DNA of 64,000 nucleotides from Octopus sinensis (lineage: Eukaryota): the NCBI RefSeq assembly GCF_006345805.1, contig NC_043017.1:33108001-33172000 (forward strand). The letters are read 5' to 3'. A program made the position numbers and the translations under genes. The notes beneath the pieces are model-generated. The model had not been told where the DNA came from and did not search any database. It worked only from the letters and a program-made list of their open reading frames with translations. Below are positions 11,374 to 24,735 of this stretch, one piece after another (the first letter of the stretch is position 1; the number at the start of each line of letters is the position of its first letter).

Positions 11374-13891
11374 GATATTAACAAGTTTATGCAACGGAGG
11401 GAGCTGTGATAGACAGATCGACAGAGATTGGATAGACTTAGTTGAGATCTTTTGTCAGAAGAGGAAAAGTACATGAAACAACCTACTTTGAGAACCGCTC
11501 TGCTGGCCAGGAAGTAAGGAAAGGAAAAAGAGAGTGCCACCTAGCTACCTGGTGCTACAATGCTTTTCCTTCTGTTCCTCCAGCTGTCTACTGCAGATTA
11601 TGGTGGGAAGGACGGGAAAGACCTTGTACAAATTGCCGTACCACCTTCTTCCTCACACCGCTTTTCGTCGCCATCTTCAATGTTTACTTAGTTAGAAGCA
11701 ACTTTCCGAAGAAATTTGGAAGCAAAAAGATTCTGGAGATGATACAAATCTTTTTGCTTCCAAATTTCTTCGAAAAGTTGCTTCTAAATAAGTAAACAAA
11801 CGTCAGCCTCCGCCCCCAAGAACAGCTGGTTAGCAAAACGATTTAACCAACAAAATTCAGTATAGAACCTTTTAAAACAAGTGGATTAAACAGAAAATTA
11901 CAGCGCTCCAAAAACATACCTCCAGCTATTAATAACAATAATAATAATACATTTTAAGGCGGTGAGTTGGAAGACTCTTTAGAGCATCGAAAAAAATACT
12001 CTGCATTGTTTTGGCTCTGTACAGGTCATAGCCCGCCGGTTTCAACTTGTGGCAAAATGAATTGCACACAATATTATATATGTATATATAAGTATATCCA
12101 ACTCTATCTACATATGTGTCAATAACTGAAATGTGGGTCTATAAGACTTTTTAATACTTCTAAACATAGATGGGTATTTATCTGCTGCTTATGAAATATG
12201 AATCTTTACAAATTCATTTTAAAACCATGTTTATGCACCTTTTACTACAGAGTTTACCAATCTGTGCAAAATGTTTCATACTAAGGCTAATGCTCATAAC
12301 TTCTCTGCCACAGAACGGTAACACATTACTGAATAATTGGACTTGTAGAATGAAGTCCACGCGTTGGATAAGTTCGTATGTTGTGGAGAGAAAAAGAATC
12401 TGATCTTTCGGATAACCCCTGCTCTAATTTTCAAATCTGCCGAAAGAAAGGAAAAAAAACTTTATTAACTCACCGAAATAAAGCTACATACATGGAACGA
12501 CAGATCCTTCTCTCCCAACCGTTACGCGACCATCTGCTTCGATATAGAATTTTTGCCGATTCCCGTTGTTTAGTTCAACTAAACTGATATCATTATGCAT
12601 AATAAGTGCTTTACAGTTTCAGATATACTCTAGATATCAATGAAAGCAACGGTAATCATATGCGTCAAACCAACTGCAATATGTGATATCTGTCCAATTT
12701 TATGATAACTCAATAGAATGAGTTTATATAACTATAGGTAGTCATGGCAAATAGCTATCATAAATTTTATATTTTCCTCACAGCATACAGTTAGTATGAA
12801 AGATCTCCATATTTCGAGAGTGGCTGATGTAATTGAGGGATGAAATATCGATTGAAATTTATAATTTTGTTTTCAAGCTTTACAAGGTATTTCTATGCAA
12901 TTTCCCCCGGTTGAACGTCTGTTACAAAATTTCCCTTTGTATATTTGAATAACCTGTGTTCAATGAGAGATAAGTTTTGTCGCAATCTATCGAGAGAATA
13001 GAAAGGCATTATATTTACATTAGCTGTCGTTTAACCCCAATATTAGATCGGAGCGTGCAGATCGAAGATCAAACGTAGAGAAACCATGATTGCCTAGGAA
13101 TTTCCCTGTATCCTTTCTTAACGTGGTAGGATAGGATTTGAAAGGGATTTGGCTGTTATGTTCTACAAAATAAAGCACCATGTAAAGGTGCTCTCGTTAT
13201 TCTGAATAAGGCATCAAATCCCAGTATTAACGGGGTGGACAATCATGAAATGTATCAGAAATTTCATAGAAAACAATTTTTTATTCAAGCAATAATAAAT
13301 CTCTGAACGAGGTATAGACAGTAACTGCAACACATCGTGACGTATATTTGCCATCTCAATATGGCTAACCATTAAGGGTGGATGTTACTGTAGCTTGTAG
13401 CCCCAAGAGAACATCTTCTCCAGCTGGCTATTGACACACTTTCTGTGCCCTATCGGTATTTGCAAAGGGAGGTCATCCTTCTCTCGTCAACCTAAGTGAT
13501 ACGCACGGACTGCAGTTTCTGGATATTGACCCGTTTCAGCGCACGACAATCACCGGTTTTCGATGGAAGGGTCCCGATGCAAATACATATATCCTTTTTG
13601 CAGTGACTTTTCGTCAATAATGTTTTATTCTTTTACTATTTTTAGTAATTGGGCCACGCTCATAATATGGCTCTACATTTAATGAATTATTTGGTTACTT
13701 CAAATCCAGTTCTTTCTCCGGTATTCATATTTTACCAAATAGAGTATTGAGAAAAGCGAAGTCGTCGTTAGCAAAATTTGAAGTCGACCAAATGCTAGAA
13801 GATTTTTTTCGATATTCAACTGACTCTGCCAATGATTTAGGGAGATTGAGAATTTATTAGATATTATTAGGTAATATATGCATTTAAATGA

Positions 13892-14325
13892 GGCGGCGAG
13901 CTGGCAGAAACGTTAGCACGCCGGGCGAAATACTTAGCAGTGTTTCGTCTGTCATTACGTTCTGAGTTCAAATTCTGCCAAGGTCGATTTTTGGCTTTCA
14001 TTCTTTCGGGGGTCGATAAATTAAGTACCAGTTACGCACTGGGGTCGATGTAATCGACTTAATCTTCTTATCTGTCCTTGTTTGTCTCCTCTGTGTTTAG
14101 CCCCTTGTGGGTAGTAAAGAAATCGAAACGTTAGCACGCCGGGTGAAATACTTAGCAGTATATCGTCTGTCTTTACGTTCTCAGTTCAAATTCCGCCGAG
14201 GTCGATTTTTCCTTTCAATCTTTCGGGGTCGATAAATTAAGTACCAGTTGCGTACTGGGATCGATCTAATCGACAATCCCCTTTCCTCAAAATTTCGGGC
14301 CTTGTACCTAGAATGGAAAAGATTA
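13892..14325 (+). mobile_element. SINE-A dimer (a+b)
   Basis: Full head and 'a' tail, then a second body ending in the 'b' tail (GGCCTTGTACCTAGAATGGAAAAGATT). Confidence 0.85.
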
Positions 14326-14587
14326 TATGCTTCAAAATGAAACAGAAAGCAGTACCAGTGCTACTGACAGACTCGAATCATGTACATTTCTCAGTAGAAG
14401 CCCATACTGATCTAAGTGCAGAATCATTATATTTCTATAATCAATGATGCAACTGTCCAGCGAGTGAAAGAAAGATAGTTCGATTCCGGTCAGTGAACCT
14501 GTGAATATTCTACGGCAGATTTGAAAATCAGAGCAGGGGTTATCCAGGTTTTAGCACCGGCATATTTCAAATTTACCTTTGGTTTTT

Positions 14588-14750
14588 AATTTCTGAGTTC
14601 AAATTCTGTCGAGGTCGACTTGGCGCCTTTCCTCCTTTCGCACTCGATAAAATAAGGACCAGTCATGTAAAGGGTTCGATGTAATCAACTTCCCCTCCGC
14701 CTCATCAAAAACTCTTGGCCCCTTGTCAAAACTTAAAACCATTGATATTG
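14588..14750 (+). mobile_element. Degraded SINE-A 'b' fragment
   Basis: TTCTGAGTTCAAATTC...GGTCGACT central domain. Confidence 0.6.
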
Positions 14751-15772
14751 CTATTGTTGTTGTTGCTACAATTAGTAGTAGTTGTGGTAGTACTACCACC
14801 ACTACGTCATCATAAAAAAACGATCATCATAATTATTTTTACACTCATCATTTTAATAGTGGAAATCCCCACACCTAGTAATCGTCCTCATCCCCTCCTC
14901 ATCTTTCCCATCGTCTTCATAATCTTCATTCTAGTCGTGGTCTCCCTCATCATTACTCCTTATTATTATTGCTATTATCTGCTGGGATATAAAATAATAT
15001 ATTGAAATGATAATTGTCCTTGCATCAGTTGAAAATAAATACAGAATAACGGCCTTAATTGAATTGACAAAGGCTGGAGTTAATGGAAGCAATTAAAGGA
15101 AGTAAAAAAAAATTAAGGTGAGGGGGAGGAAACTAAGAGAAGAAAGATTAGAAGGCGGGAAAGAAAGAAAGAAACGAAGAGAAAGAGGGGAAAATGAATG
15201 AGAACAGAAAATGGCGGAAAAGAAAGGAAAGTGAAAGAGAGAAAGAATGAATATCAGAAAACAAAATAAAGACAGGAATAATGGAATGAATAACGAACGA
15301 GAAGGAAAAGATATCAGAATGAAGATGGGAACGAAGTAGAGAGAACTGGGGAGAGTTAATGAAAGAGTGAAGAGAATGAAATACAAAAGAGAAGAGGGGA
15401 AGAAAACCAAACGTCAAGAATGAAGACAAAACAGTAAATGAAAGTGACAGGAAAGAGAAGGAAAGGAAGAAAGAGAGCTTAGAGGAAAGTGTTCATTAAA
15501 TTTTAACTCAATTTTCCTTAATTACTTGTTTATCAGTAAATATGGCAGCAATGCTGATTATCATCTCTCATCGTGACAGTTGTTGACCTGTCTAAAATAT
15601 GTCTTATATACTCTGGTATTATATTATTAGTTCTGTGGTTTTCATTTTAATGGAATTTCTAAATTGGAATTTGTTTGTGTGTGGAGAGAGAGAGAGAGAG
15701 AGAGAATGTGGCCGCTGGGAGAGAAAGAGTCAAGAGAAAAGATAGACGAACGAAGACGGTATTAACGCTCAA

Positions 15773-16234
15773 GGCGGCGATCTGGCAGAAGCGTTAGCGC
15801 ACCGGGCGAAATGCTTAGCGGTATTTCGTCTGCCGCTACGTTCTGAGTTCAAATTCCGCCGAGGTCGACTTTACCTTTCATTCTTTCGGGGTCTATAATT
15901 TAAGCACCAGTTCCGCACTGGGGTCGATGTAATCGGCTTAATCCGTTCGTCTGTCCTTGTTTGTCCCCTCTGTGTGTATCAAGAAATAGGTATTAATGCT
16001 CGAGGCGGTGAGCTGGCAGAAGCGTTAGCGCACCGGGCGAAATGCTTTGCAGTATTTCGTCTGCCGTTACGTTCTGAGTTCAAATTCCGCCGAGGTCAAC
16101 TTTACCTTTCATTCTTTCGGGGTCAATGAATTAAACACCAGTTACGTATTGGGGTCGATGTAATCGATTTAATCCGTTCGTCTGTCCTTGTTTGTCCCCT
16201 CTGTGTTTAGCCCCTTGTGGGTAGTAAAGAAATA
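15773..16234 (+). mobile_element. Two full SINE-A copies in tandem, separated by a copy of the TSD
   Basis: Copies at 15773-15988 and 16004-16234. The 15-bp GGTATTAA(C/T)GCTC(A/G)A occurs at 15758, 15989 and 16235 (third copy begins GCT). Confidence 0.9.
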
Positions 16235-16859
16235 GCTATTAATGCTCAAATGTTTGTAGATGAGAGCAAGAAAGTGTGTGTGAGTGTGTGTTTTTACCTA
16301 CCTACCTACCTACCTACATACATACCTACCTATCTATTTATCTATTTTGTGTGTGATCTGAGTTTATATATGTATATGTGTGAGTGTACATGTGTGTAGT
16401 GGTGGTGGGTTATATATACGTGTGTGTATGTGAGTGTGTATATATGTGTGAGTGTATATGTGTGTGTATGTATGTGTGTAGTGGTGGTGGTGGGTTATAT
16501 ATACGTGTGTGTATGTGAGTGTGTATATATGTGTGTATATGTGTGTAATGGTGGTAGTAGGTTATATATGCGTTTGTGTATGTGGGTATCTACATATACA
16601 TGTGTGAGAGAGAGTTTTAAACACACGTGTGTCTGTGTGTAAGCTTCTGTTTGTGTACATATGACTACGTTTATGTATGTGTATGTATGTGTACAAGCCA
16701 GAGTGCGTGTTTTAATGGTTTGTTTTTGTCCATTAATGTGTATGTGTGTGTGTGCATGTGTGTGTGTGTATGTGTGTGTGTGTGTATGCGTGTGTTTCGA
16801 TGTCTTTTGTATTGTTTGTAAGTCTTGAAGGTATTGTGTTTTTCTGAATGTGTGTGTGT

Positions 16860-16903
<44 letters not shown>

Positions 16904-17452
16904 GATGCCTGTGTTTTAAATTTAAATGGAATTTTTAATTGACTGTGTGACTGTATGATTGTTTAATTGACTGTGTTTGTGTTTGCGTGACTGTGTAAGT
17001 GTACTTGTAAGTATGTGTTTGTGCGCTTAAGGTGTGAATATTCGAATGTGTTTCTTAGAGTGAATGAATGTGTATTCTCTTGCTTCGATGTGTGTGAGCG
17101 AAAGAGAGAATGGGTATGTATTTAAAAATTGGAAAGAAAAAAGAAAAAAAAACATAATGGCTGCATATGACAGAGAATTATGATAAAATACTTGTCCCGT
17201 TGGAATTCAACCCATTTCACGTTGTTAAGCCTGAATGGTTTCAATGACATCAGGCATACACATTCTCACGCAAATACACAAAAAAATGAACACAGACAGA
17301 AGATATACAGATACATAAATATATGTGGTGAACGACACAACGTTATTGTTCGTAAACAATGAAACCAAATCGGATTGATGCAAACACGCTTATATATATA
17401 TATATATATGAATAAAAAATGGAGTTAACGCAGGTGTAATCAAATATTTTTA

Positions 17453-17536
17453 CTTTCGACACATGTTTCGAAAATTCCACTGATACTATTCAAAAGAATA
17501 AATGGTATAAACGATGCAATCTTCTCCTCAGGAAAG
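17453..17536 (-). ncRNA. Type I hammerhead ribozyme motif, canonical core
   Basis: Minus strand reads CTTTC-CTGAGGA-GAAGATT-(41 nt)-AATTTTC-GAAAC-ATGT-GTC-GAAAG. Stem I is 5 bp, stem II is 7 bp (one G-U pair) with G10.1-C11.1, stem III is 2 bp with a palindromic loop, and the triplet is GUC. Confidence 0.75.
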
Positions 17537-17691
17537 TGAAAAAAAACGAAACTCAAAATATTCAACGTAAACACGAAGTTTCTACCTTTATAAACAAGGA
17601 GTTACAACACCTTTACTTGTGAGATTTTTGCTGCCCTGGTAACTATTATTTTTTTTTCCGTGTTAATTGTTAACAAGGTAAAAATACACTC

Positions 17692-17732
<41 letters not shown>

Positions 17733-17760
17733 TATATATATATATATACATATGTATGTG

Positions 17761-17791
<31 letters not shown>

Positions 17792-17808
17792 GTATATACA
17801 TATATATC

Positions 17809-17839
<31 letters not shown>

Positions 17840-18188
17840 ATGTATGTATGTATGTATGTATGTATGTATGTATGTATGTATGTATGTATGTATGTATCAA
17901 CAGTTCAAAAGAGAATTCCTTAACAGTTTGAAATTACATGATGACACTCTATTGTGATTTTAAGTAAAGAGAAAAAAAGTATTTGTGAATTTTCTCGCAG
18001 ATTTATTTCGAGATCATTGTCTTTGTTCAAAGATGTAACACTATACTTGGCCCTATCCAACAATTTTCAATTTAAATCGTAACACATACAAACAAACAAA
18101 AGAATATACATACATACATTCATACATACATTCATACATGCACATAGACAGACAGACAGAGAGACACACACTCACACACACACATATA

Positions 18189-18612
18189 TTCTTTTATTCT
18201 TTTACTTGTTTCAGTCACTTGATTCCGACCATGCTGGAGTACCGGCTTTAGCCAAACAAATCGGCCCCAGGAATTATTCTTTGTAAGCCTAGTACTTATT
18301 CTATCGGTCCGTTTTGCCGAACCACTAATTCGCTAATTACAGGGACGTAAACACACCAACACCAGTTGTCAATCAAGTGATAGTGGTGGGACGAACACAG
18401 ACACACAAATGCATATATGTGTGTATATACATATATATACATATATATACATATATATATATGTACGACGGGCTTCTTCCAGTTTCTCCCCCAAATCCAC
18501 TCACAAGGCTTTGGTCAGACCCAGGCTATAGTAGAAGACACTTGCCCAGGTTGCTACGCAGTAGGACTGAACCCAGAACCATGTGCTTGAAAAGCAAGTT
18601 TCTTACCATACA
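18189..18612 (-). mobile_element. SINE-B (CORE-like, internal microsatellite)
   Basis: Reverse complement contains the CORE-like CCTGGGCAAGTGTCTT and the tail GACTGAAACAAGTAAAAGA. Confidence 0.8.
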
Positions 18613-18828
18613 ATCTTCTGTATGTGTGCGTATGTAAATTTATGTAAATGTGTGTGTGTGTGTGTGTGTGTGTGCGTATGTGTGTGTGTGTGTGTGTGTG
18701 CTTGTGCGATTATCAGCATGTGTCTGTGTGACAGAGACAAGGGTATTTTTATTAGAAACGAAAGCGTTCACTCCTGCATTGGCAAACTTTGATTATGTAA
18801 CCCAAACGTCGTATATATATATGCATAT

Positions 18829-18995
18829 ATACGACGGGCTTCTTTCAGTTTCCGTCTACCAAATCCACTCACAAGGCTTTGGTCGGCCCGAGGCTATAGT
18901 AGAAGACACTTTCCCAAGGTGCCACGCAGTGGGACTGAACCCGGAACCATGTGGTTCGTAAGAAAGCTACTTACCACACAGCCACTCCTACGCCT
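18829..18995 (-). mobile_element. SINE-B 5' half
   Basis: Reverse complement AGGCGTAGGAGTGGCTGTGTGGT...GGTTCAGTCCC... Confidence 0.85.
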
Positions 18996-19166
18996 AGGAT
19001 TTGTAAGTATTTGTAATATATTTTTCATGATTATGTGTGCCAATTAATTCCCCATATCCGTGGTCTGATCCCTACTAAGCTGATAAAGATTTTAAACATA
19101 GAATTTTACATTAAGCAACCATGAGCCAAATCATGCTATAATGCCTTTCCTTTCTAATTCTCTTGA

Positions 19167-19295
19167 CCCTTAGAGCCCGTAGCACCGATTGGATGGCTTA
19201 TTTTTCTCTATACAGTAGCACCACTCTATGCCGTAGCACTGGTGGAGTGCCAGGCATATGGTAAAATAAGGTTCAAGAGGTCAGGACTCAAAGGG
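19167..19295. mobile_element. Short piggyBac-like MITE
   Basis: Imperfect TIRs CCCTTAGAGCCC / GGACTCAAAGGG, flanked by TTGA and TTAA. Confidence 0.45.
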
Positions 19296-19500
19296 TTAAT
19301 TATGAGTATTATTGCTAATATCGTTGAAGATATGATTTCCTTCATCTTTATGTCAACCGCCATTGCGGCACTAATATGATAGCTCCACCCACTCATCAAA
19401 GTAACATTCTTTGGAGTCGACTTATGTTCTTCATTAGATTTTTAAAACTATGAATAGGTGGCATGTCTCCATATTCGTTTCCTTATAAAGTTGTATGAAT

Positions 19501-19666
19501 AGGCGCAGGAGTGGCTGTGTGGTAAGTAGCTTGTTTACCAACCACATGGTTCCGGGATCAGTCCCACTGTGTGACACCTTGGGCAAGTGTCTTCTACTAT
19601 AGCCTCGGGCCGACCGAAGCCTTGTGAGTAGATTTGGTAGACGGAAACTGAAAGAAGCCTGTCGTA

Positions 19667-19727
<61 letters not shown>

Positions 19728-19935
19728 TTGTGTGTCTGTGTTTGTCCTCCTAGCATTGCTTGACAACCGATGCTGGTGTGTTTATGTCCCCGTTACTTAG
19801 CGGTTCGGCAAAAGAGACCGATAGAATAAGTACTGGGCTTACAAAAGAATAAGTCCCGGGGTCGAGTTGCTCGATTAAAGGTGGTGCTCCAGCATGGCCG
19901 CTGTCAAAGTACTGAAACAAGTAAAAGAGTAAAAG
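19501..19935 (+). mobile_element. SINE-B full length
   Basis: tRNA-like head (TGGCTGTGTGGT; GGATCAGTCCC), CCTTGGGCAAGT CORE-like motif, (TA)n(TG)n, then the 3' half ending AAACAAGTAAAAGAG. Confidence 0.88.
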
Positions 19936-20339
19936 AGAGAGAGAGAGTATAGGTGCTAAAGTTGATAGGGACTATGGTGTTGTTAGATACAATGGTGATT
20001 TTTATACTTCATATCTTGAAATTTTGGAACGTATGTTCCAGAATTTACCTGGTGTGTGTCCATAGCATTATTGGAAACAGTTAATTCATCATCATGATAG
20101 ATGCCGGAAATTACAGAAATGAATTCTTTCCTAGGTGCACAGTTCGATGTAGTGAAACTTCACGATGTCAAACGACCTCATACCTGTATCTAAAGAGTAG
20201 ATTTCATGAACCGTGCTTAATGTTTATAATATAACACATCGCTAACATTATCAGTTCTATTGCATTTCATCTGTTATTACATGATTTGGAGAAATCTGGA
20301 GCATCTTTGTATCTATGTATCTATCAATCAATCCCTCTG

Positions 20340-20431
<92 letters not shown>

Positions 20432-20473
20432 CCTACCTATCTATCTACCTACCTACCTACCTACCTACATACC

Positions 20474-20539
<66 letters not shown>

Positions 20540-20540
20540 G
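20340..20540. repeat. (CTAT)n microsatellite
   Basis: Direct reading. Confidence 0.95.
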
Positions 20541-20565
20541 TCTGTCTCTACCCCCTCTCTCTCAG

Positions 20566-20910
20566 GTGGTGTGGCGCGCGGACCTCTACAAGGCAGAAGC
20601 TCTCCGCCAAATTCAAGACACGTCCTTCTACTGCCCTCTGCCCTCTGACCCCACGCCCAGCTACCAACAGACTGTGTCCCCCACTACCCATGACCTCATC
20701 TCCTCCTCCTGTCTTCCACCACTGCCTCCAGCCTCATTGTCCGCACCCCTCGCACCCCCAATATTTACTTCCTCCCCAAAATCCACAGGCCTAACAAACC
20801 TGGCCGCCCCATCGTCTCCGCCTGCAACTGCCCCACCGAACTCATCTCCAGATAGCTTGACCGTGTCCTTGCCCCCCCTCCCCCAGCGGCTTCCCTCCAT
20901 TCTCACATCC
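20566..20910 (+). pseudogene. Penelope-like element reverse transcriptase fragment
   Basis: VVWRADLYKAEALRQIQDTSFY, then after a frameshift PRTPNIYFLPKIHRPNKPGRPIVSACNCPTELISR*LDRVLAP. This matches the PLE-typical Y.LPKIHK...RPIVS motif. Confidence 0.8.
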
Positions 20911-21570
20911 AAATTCAAATTTCTCTAAACAAAAGGAAGATAAATGAGAATATAGGCTATCTCCTATTTATATTTTCTAATATTGTATCCTACATAATGC
21001 CCGGGACGGCATCAAATATTTTTTTAATCGTTATCGAATTTATATACAGAGACAATCGTCATGGTTGCAAAGCCCTTCATCAAATGTCTGTTCGTTTACT
21101 TCAGACATAAGGCATAAGTACAACTAAAAGGCTGAAGGCAGGGGAAAATATATTGTTCAGAAGTATTAGCCAAGTTTCAGTCAAATCACACTTTAGAACT
21201 GTGAATTTCATGTCAGTTTCGTAGTAAATTCCAAGCACTCCGCCCACCCACTCACGGCCCGTCATATCAACTTAATGCTAGCCACCTTCTAGTGATGACA
21301 CACGAAGAATATGAAAGAACTAAGTTGACATCAATTATTTGATATACATACACTTTCTAATACTGCCAATAGATACAGTCTGTCATTGTTGTCAATTCGA
21401 AAATATTTTTACACCTTTTTATGTTCATGTTCTTAATAAATATCGTTTCAAATTTATGCCTTTCTTGTTCATTATTTGTCTGTTTGTTAAAGTAGGTTCT
21501 TTCGAGAAATATTTTTCTTTATTATTTCGCTTACGTCTTCAGTGCTCTATCAATATATATGTATTTATAA

Positions 21571-21783
21571 GGCGGCGAGTTGGCTGAATCGTAGCACGCC
21601 GGGCGAAATTCGTAGCAGTATTTCGTCTGCCGTTACGTTCTGAGTTCAAATTCCGCCGAGGTCGACTTCGCCCTTCATCCTTTCGGGGTCGATAAATTAA
21701 GTACCAGTTATGCACTGCGGTCGATGTAATCGACTTAATCCCTTTTCTGCCCTTCTTTGTCCCCTCTGTGTTTAGCCCCTTGT
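21571..21783 (+). mobile_element. SINE-A ('a' tail, clipped)
   Basis: Family consensus match. Confidence 0.88.
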
Positions 21784-21942
21784 ACCGGTATTTCAAAGGC
21801 CCAGCCTTGTCACACTCTTTGTCATACTGGATTTCCTTCAGAACTACGTTGAGGTCATACATGTCTGTGATGTGCTCAGCCACTTAAATGTCAATTTCAG
21901 GAGCAAGCTGTTCTGTTGCTCCGATCAACTGAAACCCTCGTC
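21784..21942 (-). mobile_element. SINE-C 3' region
   Basis: Reverse-complement homologue of 51915-52087. Confidence 0.7.
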
Positions 21943-21956
21943 ACTTTAGTTTAAAT

Positions 21957-21992
<36 letters not shown>

Positions 21993-22012
21993 GTGTGTGT
22001 ATGTATATTTAT

Positions 22013-22059
<47 letters not shown>

Positions 22060-22132
22060 TATTGATAGATAGATAGATAGATAGATAAGCATGCATATAC
22101 ATACATAGACACACACACACACACACACACAC

Positions 22133-22195
<63 letters not shown>

Positions 22196-22204
22196 CATAT
22201 ATAT

Positions 22205-22390
22205 GTGACCTCGTGAGCACCGCCAGCAATTTTTTTCCTCTGTCTTCCCTTCTTGGGATCTTTCCTTCTCCTTCGTTTCCGACGAAGAGCTCCGCTCGAA
22301 ACGTTAAACCCTCCTTCTTCCCTGCTTTCCTGAGCGTCCAATAATACTTTATTTGTTCCACGTCCTCGAATTGCTGTGTTTTTTTTGTGT
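22205..22390 (+). mobile_element. PLE-type terminal fragment containing a minimal hammerhead-like motif (22275-22309)
   Basis: GTTT-CCGACGA-A-GAGC-TCC-GCTC-GAAAC-GTT-AAAC. Flank architecture (pyrimidine tract, TTCCTGAGCG, TAATAC) is shared with 56740-56900. Confidence 0.6.
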
Positions 22391-22939
22391 TTTCTTATTT
22401 GGATTAACTTCATATACGTATATATGTGTGTAAGTGCATATATATATGCATATATATATGCATAAGTTTGGTGGAATAAACTGGAAAAACACAACTCAGT
22501 CTCTAACTGTGTTATCTTTTAATCGTCACAAATTATTAAAGAGACTGTCAAGAGTCTTTTGCGTGGTACTTATCAGTTTGGTAATTAGCATTCATTTAAT
22601 CCTGTATTTATGAGTTGACAACTGGCACGTGTTCTTTGAAATTAAAGCTATACCTGGTGACCTCTGACATTTCAGCTTTACTCGTTTCTCAGCGGGACAA
22701 AAATTACGTCATTGCTGATTCCTATTTGATATGAATCTAAGAATCTTTCAGCGATTCTCCCTCTGACATTCTAATTGAAGGGAGTGCATGAAACGCATCC
22801 TTTGAGTCACTTTGTAACTTCAACATTCTGCTGAGTAATATGTGTGCGGTGTATGTGTGTGTGTGTGTGTGTGTATGCGCATACATGTGTGTATACATAT
22901 ACTTGATTATGTATGGGAAGAGGACAAGGTCTATATACA

Positions 22940-22949
22940 TAAATATATA

Positions 22950-23030
<81 letters not shown>

Positions 23031-23033
23031 TAC

Positions 23034-23066
<33 letters not shown>

Positions 23067-23087
23067 CATATATATACACATATATAC

Positions 23088-23124
<37 letters not shown>

Positions 23125-23126
23125 GA

Positions 23127-23158
<32 letters not shown>

Positions 23159-23161
23159 CAC

Positions 23162-23192
<31 letters not shown>

Positions 23193-23249
23193 ATATATAT
23201 ATATATATATGTATATATATACGTATGTATGTATGTATGTATGTATAAC

Positions 23250-23301
<52 letters not shown>

Positions 23302-23329
23302 CGTATGTATGTATGTATGTATGTATAAC

Positions 23330-23390
<61 letters not shown>
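22940..23390. repeat. Long (TA)n/(TACA)n/(TATG)n microsatellite block
   Basis: Direct reading. Confidence 0.95.
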
Positions 23391-23394
<4 letters not shown>

Positions 23395-24341
23395 GCACAG
23401 AAAGGGAAAGCCAGAGGAATGTGGAGAGAGAAAGGGGAGTTGGGAGAGAGGGAAAGGACAGCAGAGGAGGAAAAAGAGAGAGCAAGATTTACATCATTCA
23501 TCGCACCAAAAACTCCACATTTTAATCTTCAAATTGAAGCTTTCCGGCCTCTATAATTCAGTTTTTCCTACCGATATATCATTTGAATTGATTTCAGTTG
23601 GTGTTGGAGTTATTAATTTGAATTCTGTCAGTTGGATTGAGGGATCGCAGTGCAAATAGCAACGTATCATCAGATTAGACAGATATATCAAAAGATCCTT
23701 TCTAGCGTAGATGTTACGGGACAGCGATTCCAGATCTGTTTTAGCATAATGACAAAGAACATTTAGGCACTCTCAATGCTGAAGAATTTTCAATTGTTTT
23801 TACTGAAAATAAGCAGGTTTCTAAACTGGGCATTTAAGGATACAAGTAGCCCCCTGCAAAGGGAATTTTCCAGATGCTAACTTGGAAATCATACACCCTT
23901 GACGATATACAAAAAGACGTTTCGCAGGAGCGAGTGTAACATCAAACAGACAAGGCCTATTACAGTTTCTATTGCTATGTTTATTTAGTGATAGACGTTA
24001 TGATGTCGGTTCAGTATGTGACATTGCTGGAAAAGCAAAGGATTACTACACAAATCAGAAAAACGAATGGAGGCGGACAGTAACTGAAATGGATTTCCGT
24101 TATCTTCACTACTTCGGTATTTTAGTCAAAAAGTATTATTTTAACATGTATATCTGCGTAGACTCCAATTAAAAAATGAAATAATTAGAATCGAATTGTA
24201 TCAAAGTATGTATCACATGGGCACCGAAATAATGGCCATTGACTAACCTAGGATGGAATCAGAGACTTTAACGAGACATCGTAGTAATTGTTCGAACGTA
24301 ACTAATGTACACAAAAAAGATTTCATTATTACTTTCACTTA

Positions 24342-24735
24342 GGATGCAAAGCTGACAGAAACGTTAGCACGCCGGGCGAAATGCTTAGCGGTATTTCGTC
24401 TGCCACTATGTCCTGAATTCAAATTCCGCCGAGGTCGACTTTGCCTTTCATCCTTTCTGGGTCGATTAAATAAGTACCAGTTACGCACTGGGGTCGATAT
24501 AATCGACTTAATCCGTCTGTCTGTCCTTGTTTGTCCTCTCTGTGTTTAGCCCCTTGTGGTTAGTAAAGAAATAGGTATTTTGCCCGTCGCTAAGTTCTGA
24601 GTTCAAATTCCACCGAGGTCGTCTTTCATCCTTTCAGGATTGATAAATTAAGCACCCGTGAAACAGTGGGGTCGACGTAATTGACTTACCTCTCCCCCAT
24701 AATTTCAGGCCTTGTACATATAGTAGAAAGGTTTA
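24342..24735 (+). mobile_element. SINE-A dimer (a+b) with TSD
   Basis: Junction AAAGAAATA|GGTATTT; TSD TTATTACTTTCAC on both sides. Confidence 0.85.

Noticed and set aside
11346-11795. Short ORFs in locally GC-richer sequence
   Set aside because: Multiple stops and no identifiable motif; possibly an old repeat.
12410-14545. 33-bp inverted repeat pair (12410-12442 / 14513-14545) as transposon TIRs
   Set aside because: No TSD, similarity does not extend and no transposase remnant lies between; likely two fragments of one dispersed repeat.
22807-23525. Many long ORFs of poly-(IY), (LSIY), (CV), poly-I/N/D/M here and throughout the window
   Set aside because: These are stop-free translations of microsatellites, not genes.
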